A stretch of DNA of 60,478 nt, counting the filler. It is 7 parts of 7 records of this genome, joined end to end, with 100 filler letters (N's around TTAATTAATTAA, not from the genome) between each part and the next. Parts side by side here need not be neighbours in the genome. Positions count along the whole stretch, not along the records: positions 48,548 to 54,496 come from SRR31156797_16222; positions 54,597 to 60,478 come from SRR31156797_16227; 5 more parts are not named here. One strand, 5' to 3'. The notes beneath the pieces were generated by a model. The model did no database searches. It worked only from the letters and a program-made list of their open reading frames with translations, and was not told the origin of the DNA. Position 1 is the stretch's first letter; the number at the start of each line of letters is the position of its first letter. The position numbers and the translations under genes were made by a program. Of the stretch, positions 49,531 through 59,473 are shown in pieces.

Positions 49531-51060
49531 ATGAAGTGGGGAAAAAGTGAATATTCTGTAAGAAATGTTAGTGTTATAGCCTTCTTATTTATAATGTTAG
49601 TTATGTTTTTCGGTTTTTATAGTTTTTATTCAATTGGAAAAAATAACTCAAAAAATTACACTCTTTTTATTGAGATGAATAAAAGAGCAAACAGACTTCC
49701 TTTGATCTTAGATAAGTGTGAATTATATGCAAATGCATACTTTAATACTGGAGATGTTAAAATATTGGAAGATTATAAGAATTTGAGTAGGGAGATAGAT
49801 GAACTATTAGTAAAGCTTGGTGATTTAGGTAAAGAGGGGGAGGAGTTGCTGGTATATTTTGAAAAGCCAGAGAATAATCAGTATTATCAGCAGGTTTTAT
49901 ACTATCTGGATACACTTAAAACGATGAATGCTTATCAGCAAAATTTAACAGAAATTATATCTGAGAATATTAAAAAAGATGAAAATGTTTATAAGCAAAT
50001 TGAGTACTTAAGCAGATATTTGAGACAAATGGATAGTAATGCTAAAATTCTAATTAATTCACATTTTATTTTTACAGGTGCAATTTTTGATTCATATTAT
50101 CAAGAAAGTGAAAAAAAAGGTAAACGAATATCAATAATAGTAATGCTTATGGCTGCTTTAGGACTTCTATTCATTATGGATTATTTGTATAGATTAATGA
50201 GAAATGTTAAGAAACTGGAGCTTGCAGCAAAGTCACTCTCTGCAAGGGACTGGAAAATCAAAGATATTACTAAGGGGAGGTATCGGGAATTTAATCAGGT
50301 AGCCTTTGCATTTGATGAAATGAAACATGCAATTATTCATTACGTTGACGAGATGCGTGAGAAAGCCAAACTTAAAATACAGCTTGAAAAAGAAAAATCT
50401 GAAAGAGCTGAAAAAGATAGAGTGTTAAATAAAACGAAGCTTTTATCTCTACAAATGAGAATGAATCCGCATTTTTTATTTAACACTCTTAATCTCATAG
50501 GAAGTACTGCTATTCATTCAGATATTGAATTGGCGACGGAACTAATAGAAGCGATATCGGATATATTGAGATATAATCTGGAATTTAACGAGGCAAATGT
50601 TAAATTGATCGAAGAGATAAATGTTTTAGAAAAATATATATTTATTCAAAAATCCAGATGGCGAGAAAGAATAGAATTTAAAATAGAAAATAATATAGGT
50701 GATCAGAATATAAAGATTCCACCTATGTTGTTGCAACCGATAATAGAAAATTCTATTATACACGGATTAAAAGATATAGTAGAAAACGGATTTATCAGTA
50801 TAGAGTTTTATAAAAAAGAAGAAATGATTATTGCTAAAATATCTGATAACGGTAAGGGAATAAGTCAGATAATAAAAGAGCAGATTTATGATGATTATGA
50901 AACAGAAAAAGAAAGAAAAAGAAAAAGTATAGGATTAAAAAATATAAGAAAAAGACTGGAAATTATATATAAAAGAAAAGATCTGTTTAAAATACCTGTA
51001 GTCAGTGTAGGAACAGTTATTGAGATATCATTTCCAATAGAAAGGAATATAAACTCATGA
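49531..51060 (+). CDS. LytS/YesM-type sensor histidine kinase
   Basis: Two TM plus HAMP; QMRMNPHFLFNTLN H-box, PPMLLQPIIENSIIHG, DNGKG, SIGLKNI. Confidence 0.92.
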   Translation: MKWGKSEYSVRNVSVIAFLFIMLVMFFGFYSFYSIGKNNSKNYTLFIEMNKRANRLPLILDKCELYANAYFNTGDVKILEDYKNLSREIDELLVKLGDLGKEGEELLVYFEKPENNQYYQQVLYYLDTLKTMNAYQQNLTEIISENIKKDENVYKQIEYLSRYLRQMDSNAKILINSHFIFTGAIFDSYYQESEKKGKRISIIVMLMAALGLLFIMDYLYRLMRNVKKLELAAKSLSARDWKIKDITKGRYREFNQVAFAFDEMKHAIIHYVDEMREKAKLKIQLEKEKSERAEKDRVLNKTKLLSLQMRMNPHFLFNTLNLIGSTAIHSDIELATELIEAISDILRYNLEFNEANVKLIEEINVLEKYIFIQKSRWRERIEFKIENNIGDQNIKIPPMLLQPIIENSIIHGLKDIVENGFISIEFYKKEEMIIAKISDNGKGISQIIKEQIYDDYETEKERKRKSIGLKNIRKRLEIIYKRKDLFKIPVVSVGTVIEISFPIERNINS

Positions 51061-52577
51061 TAAAGTTAATGATTGCTGAGGATGAACAAATAGCTAGAGA
51101 ATCAATGAAAAAACTATTGGAGAGATACTTTCCTGATGAAATAAGGATAGTTGCTGAGTGTGACAACGGAGAAGACGCAGTTGAGAAGGCACTTTCCCTA
51201 AAACCGGATATTATTCTTCTGGACATACACATGCCAAAAAAAGATGGACTTGAAGCAGCAGAAATAATTAGAAACTATAATGAGAAGTGTGAAATACTAA
51301 TTATAACAGCAAATAGTGAGTTTGAATACGCAAAACGAGCCATAAAACTTAGTGTAAATGATTTTCTGGTAAAACCCTATTCTATTAAAACTTTTAAAGA
51401 AGCTTTAAATAAAATAATTAATAAAATTATGAAAAAACAAAAGTTAACACAAGAAAAAAATGAATTTAGTAAAAGTTTGAATAATATTAAAATATTACTT
51501 GAAAAAGAATTTATGCTTGATATGATAAATGGTAATGAATTAAGTGAATTCAACCTATCAACTTACTCCAACAGTTTAGAATTAGAGGATAAATATTATA
51601 CTTGCACTATTTGTAAAACCAGTGAAAGTGATGATTTCAAAGAGATAATAAAAACTATGAAATTAGAACGTCTGGATAAGGGAGTAAAACTATTAAGCGG
51701 ATATTATCTAGATAGATTAGTTTATTATATCTTTGCTGATGAAGAGAAAAAATTATATGAACATAATGAGAAAATTAAGAGTCTGCTAAAATCAAAGTTT
51801 TTGGTTGAATATTTTTCAAAGCAAGTTATCTATTCTGATCTGGATAATTTAAGTACAGCATTTCAGAAAAGTAAGAAAGATTTGAATTCTAAAGTCAAAT
51901 CAAATGATCTTTACGGTCAGGATATTCCATATGAATTGGAAAATGACTTGTTTAAGCTGATACTTGAGAACTCGGCAAAAAATGCTGAGAAAACAATTGA
52001 TGATATTCTGGATTATTTATTCACTAAAAATAGTGATGTAAATACACAGTTTTTTGAAAAATATATTAAGCAATTAATACTGATGATAGACAGAATGGTG
52101 CAGCAGATTGTGACAGAAGAGAAGACTATTATCAATGTAAATGAGATATTTGCACAGATAGAGAGTGTAAATCTCATAGAACAGTATAAAAATATATTGA
52201 TAAAATACTCAAATGAGAGTATAGCTGTAATTAAGAAATTCAAAAATAATAAACATGTTAAAGTTATTGAGTATGCTAAGCAATATATCGAGAATAATTT
52301 TGATAAAAATATTTCACTTGATGATGTAGCCCAGCATATTGGACTAAGCAGTAATTATCTGAGTAAATATTTCAAAAAAGTTGAAGGAATAAATTTTAAG
52401 GATTATGCTACAAATATTCGTATTGAAAAAGCTAAGATGATGCTTGAAAGCAGTGAAGGAAATATTACAGAAATTGCTGAAAGACTAGGTTATACCGATG
52501 CAAGTTATTTTAGTTATGCATTCAAAAAAAGAACCGGTGTATCACCAAAAGAGTACTTTATTAGTAAAAGAAGATAA
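51057..52577 (+). CDS. YesN-type response regulator (REC + AraC HTH)
   Basis: IAEDE, LLDIHMP, FLVKP receiver; C-terminal SLDDVA..YLSKYFKK..YFSYAFKKRTGVSP; ATGA overlap. Confidence 0.92.
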   Translation: MIKLMIAEDEQIARESMKKLLERYFPDEIRIVAECDNGEDAVEKALSLKPDIILLDIHMPKKDGLEAAEIIRNYNEKCEILIITANSEFEYAKRAIKLSVNDFLVKPYSIKTFKEALNKIINKIMKKQKLTQEKNEFSKSLNNIKILLEKEFMLDMINGNELSEFNLSTYSNSLELEDKYYTCTICKTSESDDFKEIIKTMKLERLDKGVKLLSGYYLDRLVYYIFADEEKKLYEHNEKIKSLLKSKFLVEYFSKQVIYSDLDNLSTAFQKSKKDLNSKVKSNDLYGQDIPYELENDLFKLILENSAKNAEKTIDDILDYLFTKNSDVNTQFFEKYIKQLILMIDRMVQQIVTEEKTIINVNEIFAQIESVNLIEQYKNILIKYSNESIAVIKKFKNNKHVKVIEYAKQYIENNFDKNISLDDVAQHIGLSSNYLSKYFKKVEGINFKDYATNIRIEKAKMMLESSEGNITEIAERLGYTDASYFSYAFKKRTGVSPKEYFISKRR

Positions 52578-52589
52578 GTGAATAACAAG

Positions 52590-52622
52590 ATGAGTCCTTT
52601 GAAAATAAGGGGCTCATTTTTT
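52590..52622 (+). terminator. Rho-independent terminator
   Basis: ATGAGTCCTT/AAGGGGCTCAT stem plus T tract. Confidence 0.75.
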
Positions 52623-52810
52623 ATTTGTATATAAATTTAAATTATACATAACAAAAAATACAAAGAAAATAACCAAAAATCCAATGGTTGCATGAGGTGA
52701 GATATTATATATTAATAACAGGATAAAAATTAAACAAAAAATATAGAAATCAAACACTTTTTAATTATTTCAAACGAAAAGTATATGATTTTTAATAAAG
52801 TGAGGTGCTT

Positions 52811-53737
52811 ATGAAAAAAAGAATAGTTGTATCCTTGGACGGTAAAGGAGATTATAAAACAGTTCAGGAAGCTGTAAACTCCGTTGCTGATTATAACAGC
52901 ACTCCAATTGAAATATTTATTAAAACAGGCAGATATTATGAAAAACTTGTAATTGAAGAAACTAAAACGAATATAATTTTAATAGGTGAAGATGCTAAAA
53001 ATACTCTGCTTGAGTATGATGATTATGCTCTGAAATTAGATGAAAACGGAGAGGAGTTAACGACATATAGGACTCCGTCTGTGACAATTAATGCAAATGA
53101 TTTTAAAGCTAAAAATTTGACTTTTATTAATTCTGCCGGAGTTGGCGATATAGTTGGACAAGCTGTGGCCGTTCAAGTGTCAGGGGATAGATGTATATTC
53201 AGAGACTGTAACTTTTTAGCATTTCAGGATACTTTTTATACCAAATCGGAAGATGCCAGAATCTATATCAAAGATTGTTATATTGAAGGAGATATAGATT
53301 TTATATTTGGAGCTTCAATTGCAGTATTCGAGAATTGTTTGATCTCTAGTATCAATAAACCAGGTTTTGTCTGCGCCCCGTCTACACCGATTAGTAAAAA
53401 ATTTGGATATCTTTTTTATAAATGCCAGTTAACCAGCCCTCTAGGAGCAAATACTTCTTATTTGGGAAGACCATGGCATCCGGCAGGTGATCCTGATGCA
53501 ATTGCCAGTGTGGTATTTAGAGAGTGTGATCTGGGAGAGCATATTCGTGATGAAGGTTGGACAGAGATGAAAGGATTTTTATCTGAGGATGCCAGAATGT
53601 ATGAATATAAGAATTTTGGACCGGGAGCTAAAAAACACAAATTAAGAAGAGAGTTAAGTGATGAACAGGCAGAAGAGTATACTGCTGAAAAAATGCTTGT
53701 AGGTATTGGTAATTGGGACTTTAGAGAGAAGTTTTAG
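52811..53737 (+). CDS. Pectin methylesterase (CE8), no signal peptide
   Basis: GDYKTVQEAV, GQAVAV, FQDTFY, IEGDIDFIFG, YLGRPW; ATG 52811 after GAGG SD. Confidence 0.92.
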   Translation: MKKRIVVSLDGKGDYKTVQEAVNSVADYNSTPIEIFIKTGRYYEKLVIEETKTNIILIGEDAKNTLLEYDDYALKLDENGEELTTYRTPSVTINANDFKAKNLTFINSAGVGDIVGQAVAVQVSGDRCIFRDCNFLAFQDTFYTKSEDARIYIKDCYIEGDIDFIFGASIAVFENCLISSINKPGFVCAPSTPISKKFGYLFYKCQLTSPLGANTSYLGRPWHPAGDPDAIASVVFRECDLGEHIRDEGWTEMKGFLSEDARMYEYKNFGPGAKKHKLRRELSDEQAEEYTAEKMLVGIGNWDFREKF

Positions 53738-53933
53738 TGGAAAATCAAATATAGAAAAATTGGAAAATTTGCCTAAAAAAATTATAAATAACCAAAAATA
53801 TAAAAAAAAAGACAATTTTTCAAATGGTAGTTTTTATGAAATTGCTATACAATTGAAGTGCAAAAGACACATAAAGAGTTATATCAGAACATGAAAAAAT
53901 TTTTAGAAGTGATCTTGAGCTTGAGGAGGAAAG

Positions 53934-54496
53934 ATGGAAAAACTGGAATTATATTTGAAAGATTATTTGGGAACTTATCAGCCATATAAAGGTGAAATGA
54001 AATGGAACTATGAAGATGGCTGCACATTAATAGGAGTTGAAAAGCTATTTGAGGCTACAGGTGATAAAAAGTACTTTGACTTTATCTATGAATATATGAG
54101 TAAAAGAATAGATGAGAATGGTAGAATTACTAATTTTTCATTAACTGAATTTAATATAGATAATATCTGTTCAGGTAAAGTTTTATTTAATCTTTATAAA
54201 GAAACAAATGATGAAAGATTCAGAAAAGCAATTGATGAAGTTTATTATCAATTAAAAATTCAACCTAGAACTCTGGACGGTGGATTTTGGCACAAAGCAA
54301 GATATCCTTACCAAGTATGGTTAGACGGGCTTTACATGGCACAGCCTTTTTATACACAATATGAAACTGAATTTAATAAAATGGAAAACTACAGTGATGT
54401 GTTTAAACAATTTGATAATTTAAAAAGATTAATGCTTTCAGAAGAAACTGGACTTTATCTACATGGTTATGATGAAACGAAAATGATGAATTGGGC
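53934..54496 (+). CDS. GH105 unsaturated rhamnogalacturonyl hydrolase (YteR/YesR-like), 3'-truncated
   Basis: WNYEDG, NIDNI, FWHK..YP.QVWLDGLYMAQPF, TGLYLHGYDE; GAGGAGG SD. Confidence 0.92.
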
Positions 54497-54596
54497 NNNN
54501 NNNNNNNNNNNNNNNNNNNNNNNNNNNNNNNNNNNNNNNNTTAATTAATTAANNNNNNNNNNNNNNNNNNNNNNNNNNNNNNNNNNNNNNNNNNNN
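54497..54596. other. Artificial contig spacer
   Basis: N run with TTAATTAATTAA. Confidence 0.98.
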
Positions 54597-54978
54597 ATCA
54601 TCGCTAATATACATATTAATATGATAGCGACTAATTCCTCCCTGCCTTAGTGGCTTTGTTGTAAAACAAAGATTAACTACTAGGTATCTATAAAACAAAG
54701 TCCAATATATTAGATGCAATACCAACCACCTCCCCCACTCATTTTTCGCGGTATTTCTCCTTAAAAATAAGGCGGGGTGGTTTATTGGTGTACTAATCTT
54801 GCCTTCTACCTGCTGACCAATCTCACACTCAAATTAAATTATTTATTAAAAAAACGCTGCCTCTCTGTGCCCCTGTGTTAAAGCAAAGCATTACAAAATC
54901 CTTCCCTAATTCCTTGATATTTTAAAATTTACCTCTTGCGTTATAAACAAAATTATATTAAATTCATCATACTTTAAC

Positions 54979-55051
54979 TGAGATAACCCTCCGGCTGGTC
55001 ATATAGCCGGATAAAATAAACAAACGCTATGGAGAGCAAGGAGGGGTCTCA
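54979..55051 (+). promoter_or_regulatory. Candidate structured 5' leader RNA
   Basis: Outer TGAGAT-AA-CCC / GGG-GTCTCA pairing enclosing TCCGGCT/AGCCGGA hairpin; 25 nt upstream of ATG. Confidence 0.4.
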
Positions 55052-55076
55052 AATTTTTAACTAAATACTTTAAGTT

Positions 55077-55775
55077 ATGCCGTTAAGATACGGATTGATC
55101 CCAAATCATTTAACCGACGACCCAAACGACTACATGGGTGTAGTAACAGAAAATGAGACCATCACAACCGAACAAATTGTGGAACAAATGATTGGTAAAG
55201 GTTCTACTGTTACCAAAGCCGAAGCCCTTTCGGTGATTGAAGAGTTTAACTACGCTATTGCCGATGCAATTTCCAATGGCAATAATGTAAACACCGAACT
55301 CTTTAAAATTTATCCCAGTGTAAGTGGTGTTTTCCAGGACGAAAGCGACAGCTTTGATAAAAGCCGACACGCTATTCGTTTAAACCTGAATGCCGGCAGC
55401 AGACTTTCTGAAGCTATCGACAACATTGACTTGCGCAAGGTGGAAATCACAAGCCCGCAACCTGTGCTACAAAAGTTTACCGATTTAAAAACCAATGTGG
55501 TAAACGAGAGCTTTACTCCCGGTCAAATTGCCTCTATTAAGGGAAGCCTGTTGAAGTTTAACGAAGATGACAACACCCAGGGCATCTTTTTTATTGCGCA
55601 GGACGGCACTGAAACCCGGGTTGCACAAGTGGTAAAAAACAAACCTTCGGAATTACTGTTTTTTGCCCCTGAAGGATTAAGTGGCACCTATTCTGTGGAG
55701 CTTAGGATGGTTCCAAACAAGAACAGATCTATTAAAACAGGACGTTTGTTTACTGATTTAACAGCCACAACCTAA
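55077..55775 (+). CDS. HU-like DNA-binding domain + DUF4469 (Ig-like) protein
   Basis: NHLTDDPNDY, GSTVTKAE, GNNVNT..SGVF; C-terminal GSLLKF...NKPSELLF. Confidence 0.8.
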   Translation: MPLRYGLIPNHLTDDPNDYMGVVTENETITTEQIVEQMIGKGSTVTKAEALSVIEEFNYAIADAISNGNNVNTELFKIYPSVSGVFQDESDSFDKSRHAIRLNLNAGSRLSEAIDNIDLRKVEITSPQPVLQKFTDLKTNVVNESFTPGQIASIKGSLLKFNEDDNTQGIFFIAQDGTETRVAQVVKNKPSELLFFAPEGLSGTYSVELRMVPNKNRSIKTGRLFTDLTATT

Positions 55776-55793
55776 GCGAAAATTACTTAAATG

Positions 55794-55819
55794 AGCCGAT
55801 GTAATCATCGGCTTTTTTT
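55794..55819 (+). terminator. Rho-independent terminator
   Basis: AGCCGATG-TAAT-CATCGGCT plus T tract. Confidence 0.85.
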
Positions 55820-55848
55820 ATGTTTTTACCATACATGATTGCTGGAGA

Positions 55849-55973
55849 TTACTATCCCTTATTATTAGGGGTTACTATCCCTGATCGTTAGGGGTTACTA
55901 TCCCCGATCGTTAAGGGTTACTATCCCCGATTGTTAGGGATTACTACCCTCGATTGTTAAGGATGATTATCCC
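55849..55973. repeat. 23-bp non-coding tandem repeat, about 5.5 copies
   Basis: TTACTATCCC-like starts at 55849, 55872, 55895, 55918, 55941, 55964; consensus TTACTATCCCYGATYGTTARGGR. Confidence 0.9.
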
Positions 55974-56035
55974 AAGACGTTTGGATAATAAATTACATAG
56001 CTCTATGCTTTATTCCAGCTTAATGCAAACCGTTT

Positions 56036-56662
56036 TTATATTAATGGTTTCCATATATCCTTTGCAGGCTTCTTTCCTGTTAAAACCTCAAGAATATTTA
56101 ATATGAAATCATTCTCACTTTCTCCTCTCTCCTCTATCATTTTTTTAATACCTAAAGTTCCTATTGAAAATAAGTGAGTGATATCAATCTTCCATACGTC
56201 ATCTTCTAGATAAAAATGAAAGTAGAAAGGAGTTTTCTGCCCATTACTTACAAGTTGTGCCTTTGAAAAATTTCCATCTATAATTACTTCTCCTAATTCT
56301 GCATTTACAACACTATTTTTCCCAACCATTCCGTTATCAATTGCATATATAAACAAACCTTTTCCATCAAAACTGAGTAATTCACTTTTAGATGTTCTGT
56401 GCCTCATTGTTAAAACGGTTAGTTTGTCAATTAAGCCCATAGCATTTACTTCCAACGAATCAGCGTTTTTTACTTTTTCAATAATGTCTGAATAATAATT
56501 GATGGTTCTACTATCAACAAAATCAAATGCCATTATTCCTTGATCAGTTAGAATAGCATTTTTATAATTCTCAAATGATTTTAACACTTGCTCTTTATTT
56601 GATTGAGAGTAAATGTTGAATGATATAATAAGCAGTAATGATATCGGTACAATTCTTTTCAT
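56036..56662 (-). CDS. Hypothetical secreted protein
   Basis: 208-aa ORF with signal peptide ending IYS-Q; ExDxWKID strand suggests an NTF2-like fold. Confidence 0.65.
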   Translation of the reverse strand: MKRIVPISLLLIISFNIYSQSNKEQVLKSFENYKNAILTDQGIMAFDFVDSRTINYYSDIIEKVKNADSLEVNAMGLIDKLTVLTMRHRTSKSELLSFDGKGLFIYAIDNGMVGKNSVVNAELGEVIIDGNFSKAQLVSNGQKTPFYFHFYLEDDVWKIDITHLFSIGTLGIKKMIEERGESENDFILNILEVLTGKKPAKDIWKPLI

Positions 56663-56732
56663 CTTGTTTGTTTATATGGTTTATAAGGGACTCAGCTATG
56701 CTCCAAAGTTATTGGTTTAACTGTGATTACGT

Positions 56733-57662
56733 TTATTCTATTTCAAGGCATTTTTTAACCCAAAGAATACAGTCCACCTCTTCGATAATCGACCAGGAAT
56801 GTGGATGCCTAAATCCTTGACTTCTCATTCCGGGTCTATCAGCAATGACTAACTCCGCTCTATCATTTCCATTTAAGAGTAGTTTATTAATCATTGCAGA
56901 GGCACAAAGCACATTCATATCAAATAAATCACGTCTCCTGTTTTTTAATTGCCAAACAATATCAGGATCATGGTATAGTCTCACAGCTGTATTTAATAGA
57001 TATTTCATATTACCGCCATCATCAGCTCCGTTGTAATAAGGTGAATGTGCAATATAATTTTTAAGATTATCTTCCGGAGTTCCATTTAAATCCTTTTGCA
57101 TTCTATCTAAATAAACGCTCGCTTCATTCATTGCCACCTCGGAATAATTCTTTTTTATTTCGCGATTAAAGGTATACCAAACATCAATTAAATCCACAGG
57201 TGAATCGGCCGTAAAAACTGCTTGGGGATTGATCATTGCCTTATCCGGAGATTTTTTGCAGTACTCGGTATAGCTTAAGGCTGTTACTCCTCCTGCTGAA
57301 TAGCCTCCAATTACAAATTTATCTTTTGAGATATTATATTCCTTTATAATTTCTGCTAAAACAGATTCAATTTTACCAATTACTGTATCATTTAAATAGA
57401 TTGTTGTCTTTCCATATGATAATGCAACAACCAGCACATTATGCAAATAAGCTACATTGTGTAATTTCGTTTCAGGAAAAATACTTTTCGGTTCCATATT
57501 TCCTCCCGGAAGTAGAATTAAAGCTCCTTTAATTTCACCTTGGGGTTCAACTACAAAATAATTATCTATTGAAGTATTGGGAGAATCTATTCTTTTTATG
57601 GTCTGCCCTATTATTCCACTCGTTATGCTTATTAATAAAAAAAGTAATCCTGTTTTAATCAT
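56733..57662 (-). CDS. Secreted alpha/beta hydrolase
   Basis: Signal peptide; ILLPGG oxyanion region, GGYSAGG nucleophile elbow, DSPVD, HPHSW. Confidence 0.75.
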   Translation of the reverse strand: MIKTGLLFLLISITSGIIGQTIKRIDSPNTSIDNYFVVEPQGEIKGALILLPGGNMEPKSIFPETKLHNVAYLHNVLVVALSYGKTTIYLNDTVIGKIESVLAEIIKEYNISKDKFVIGGYSAGGVTALSYTEYCKKSPDKAMINPQAVFTADSPVDLIDVWYTFNREIKKNYSEVAMNEASVYLDRMQKDLNGTPEDNLKNYIAHSPYYNGADDGGNMKYLLNTAVRLYHDPDIVWQLKNRRRDLFDMNVLCASAMINKLLLNGNDRAELVIADRPGMRSQGFRHPHSWSIIEEVDCILWVKKCLEIE

Positions 57663-57793
57663 AGTCTATTAATTATGGTTTTGTTTAAGATATGGTGTAT
57701 CTGTTTTTACGTTTAATGTTTATAGGAAGAGAATGTCTTTTTATGCTTTATTATCAATATTTTAATTCGTATTTTTTATATTAAATCCTTATT

Positions 57794-58279
57794 CTAAGGT
57801 CCATTTCCAACCAGGAGTCTGTCAATTATTAAGTCCTTATTCTCTGCTAATGTCCAGTCTGAAAGTGGGTATAAAGCTTGATTTGCAATAACAAAAAATA
57901 GATTTTCCTGATGACTTTGAATAACATTAATTAGTTCTGGTGAATTATAAGTGTTTTGAATTTCAACATCGTTCACATCTATAATTACAAGTAAATACTT
58001 CTGCTTAGCTGCTTTAACGATATCAGAATCCTCAATTAAATTCCACCCTTTATTTTGCTCTATCTTTAAATTCTCTTTTACAAAAGCAATTAGAAGTAGT
58101 CGATCATCTGATAAGATATTGGTCTTAGGGTGATTTGCTATGCAATTAACAGCCGTACTTATATTTGTATATGTCTGTTTACAACAATCACAAGCTTTGT
58201 AATTAACACTTTGCTTACTAAGTGAACAACTTGAAAATATAATAACAGAAAAGAAAATTAACCCTAATATATTATTCAT
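57794..58279 (-). CDS. Hypothetical lipoprotein (thioredoxin-like C-terminal region)
   Basis: Lipobox FSSC; CDCC; KYLLVIIDVND resembles thioredoxin-7 family strand. Confidence 0.55.
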   Translation of the reverse strand: MNNILGLIFFSVIIFSSCSLSKQSVNYKACDCCKQTYTNISTAVNCIANHPKTNILSDDRLLLIAFVKENLKIEQNKGWNLIEDSDIVKAAKQKYLLVIIDVNDVEIQNTYNSPELINVIQSHQENLFFVIANQALYPLSDWTLAENKDLIIDRLLVGNGP

Positions 58280-58292
58280 AGTACATTTTTAA

Positions 58293-58423
58293 ACACAACG
58301 GCTCGAATATACGTAGGATGAGGTTTCAAAGCACAAAACTATCAAATCGCTATTTTGTCTATCAATTGCTTTAAAGTTCAACCTTATTAAATCACCCCTC
58401 ATTATGAATTTTATTATTAACAG
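58293..58423 (-). mobile_element. Degenerate attC-like recombination site
   Basis: Minus strand CTGTTAAT (R''-like) shortly after the stop ... GTTGTGT (R'-like) just before next ATG; inner arms ATGAGG/CCTCAT and AAAGCA/TGCTTT. Confidence 0.5.
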
Positions 58424-58435
58424 CTGATGTTAATC

Positions 58436-59263
58436 TTAAATTATCAGATTAATCCCAAATTGATTACAAATAGCTTTTAATAAAGCTATATTTTCAGGTC
58501 CTGTTTTTATTATGGACGTTCTACCTAATTTAACTATTTCTCCTTCTTTTATCATTATCGGAGCAGTCACATGTGTTCTATCAAGATATTCAATATTTTT
58601 GGCATAAAAATAAAGTACGTCACTCATTGTCAAATCTTTTAATTTTAACTCGTTATACTCCTCCATTATACCGCTATGGTCTTTTAAAAATTGATAATCT
58701 CTAATAAAGACAATATACCCTCTATTACCCAAAGAGATAAATATCGAACTAGAATTTATTATATGAATGAAATGAAACCCTTGTTCTTGTTCAAAATCAA
58801 ATCTGAACACAGATCCAAAGGGATCAGGATTACATTTAAAATCGCCAGAAACACAGTGCAAATAATGTCTAGCTTGTTCTAATGGGTCTTTAGTTGAAAT
58901 AACATCGCCTATTTTATAGCCAGGATTTTTTCTGTCCCATTCAAATACTTTGTCTTTGATTGTCAGACAAAAGTGAATTTTATTAGCCCAACGCCAAATA
59001 TCGGAATCGGTTTCTGATTCTTTCGAAATCTCCTTTTCTAATTTCCCATATACATCCCCATTACACTTCGAACAGCATGGGACAACTAATTGTCTATATG
59101 ATATTTTGGTTTCATTTGGAAGTACTAATTTCTTATCCCACAAATTAAATTTATGTTGTAACCATTTAGGGAATATATGTTCACGTGTAGTAGCTTTTCT
59201 ACCACAAACAAAACATGTTTCGTTATTTATTTCAAAACTTTTGATCTTAGTAAATTTCTCCAT
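58436..59263 (-). CDS. HNH-like endonuclease domain protein
   Basis: CFVC...TREHIFPKW...VPCCSKCN Zn-finger/HNH motif; likely start MEKF at 59263 (the longer ORF runs through the attC-like site). Confidence 0.75.
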   Translation of the reverse strand: MEKFTKIKSFEINNETCFVCGRKATTREHIFPKWLQHKFNLWDKKLVLPNETKISYRQLVVPCCSKCNGDVYGKLEKEISKESETDSDIWRWANKIHFCLTIKDKVFEWDRKNPGYKIGDVISTKDPLEQARHYLHCVSGDFKCNPDPFGSVFRFDFEQEQGFHFIHIINSSSIFISLGNRGYIVFIRDYQFLKDHSGIMEEYNELKLKDLTMSDVLYFYAKNIEYLDRTHVTAPIMIKEGEIVKLGRTSIIKTGPENIALLKAICNQFGINLII

Positions 59264-59271
59264 ATCATTTA

Positions 59272-59473
59272 CTGCTAACGGTTTGAATAAGTGGTGGTCG
59301 TATGCTTTTTTGAAAAACACAACCTCCAAAATCCCACTTAGCCGAAGCATTTGTTTTGGTTATAAATTTGTTCTCGTTACTAGTCGAAGCTAATGTTTCG
59401 GCGACCTAATTGAAAGTACAAAACTCCCAAATTTATGCAAACAGCCTATGACCTTTATTTATTGTTGCCCTTA
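59272..59473 (-). mobile_element. attC-like recombination site, about 200 bp
   Basis: Minus strand TAAGGGCAAC overlapping the stop ... GTTAGCAG 8 nt before next ATG; nested arms AATAA/TTATT, GGTCGTA/TATGACC, GCCGAAGCATT/AATGTTTCGGC. Confidence 0.65.

Noticed and set aside
7188-54596. Recurrent TTAATTAATTAA motif inside N runs, and ORFs that run into X residues
   Set aside because: Artificial six-frame-stop contig linkers; nothing should be inferred across them, including gene-neighbourhood links between contigs.
55849-55973. Possible CRISPR array
   Set aside because: Units are head-to-tail with no unique spacers, and no cas genes are present.
57663-57793. Additional attC-like site between the lipoprotein and hydrolase genes
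   Set aside because: A near-complement of the upstream R' box (GTTTTGTTTAA, 57678-57688) exists, but it is far from the stop codon, lies in AT-rich translation-initiation sequence and has no paired arms.
59264-59350. N-terminal extension of the HNH ORF to 59350
   Set aside because: It runs through the attC-like palindrome; the ATG at 59263 just after the GTT box is the more plausible start.
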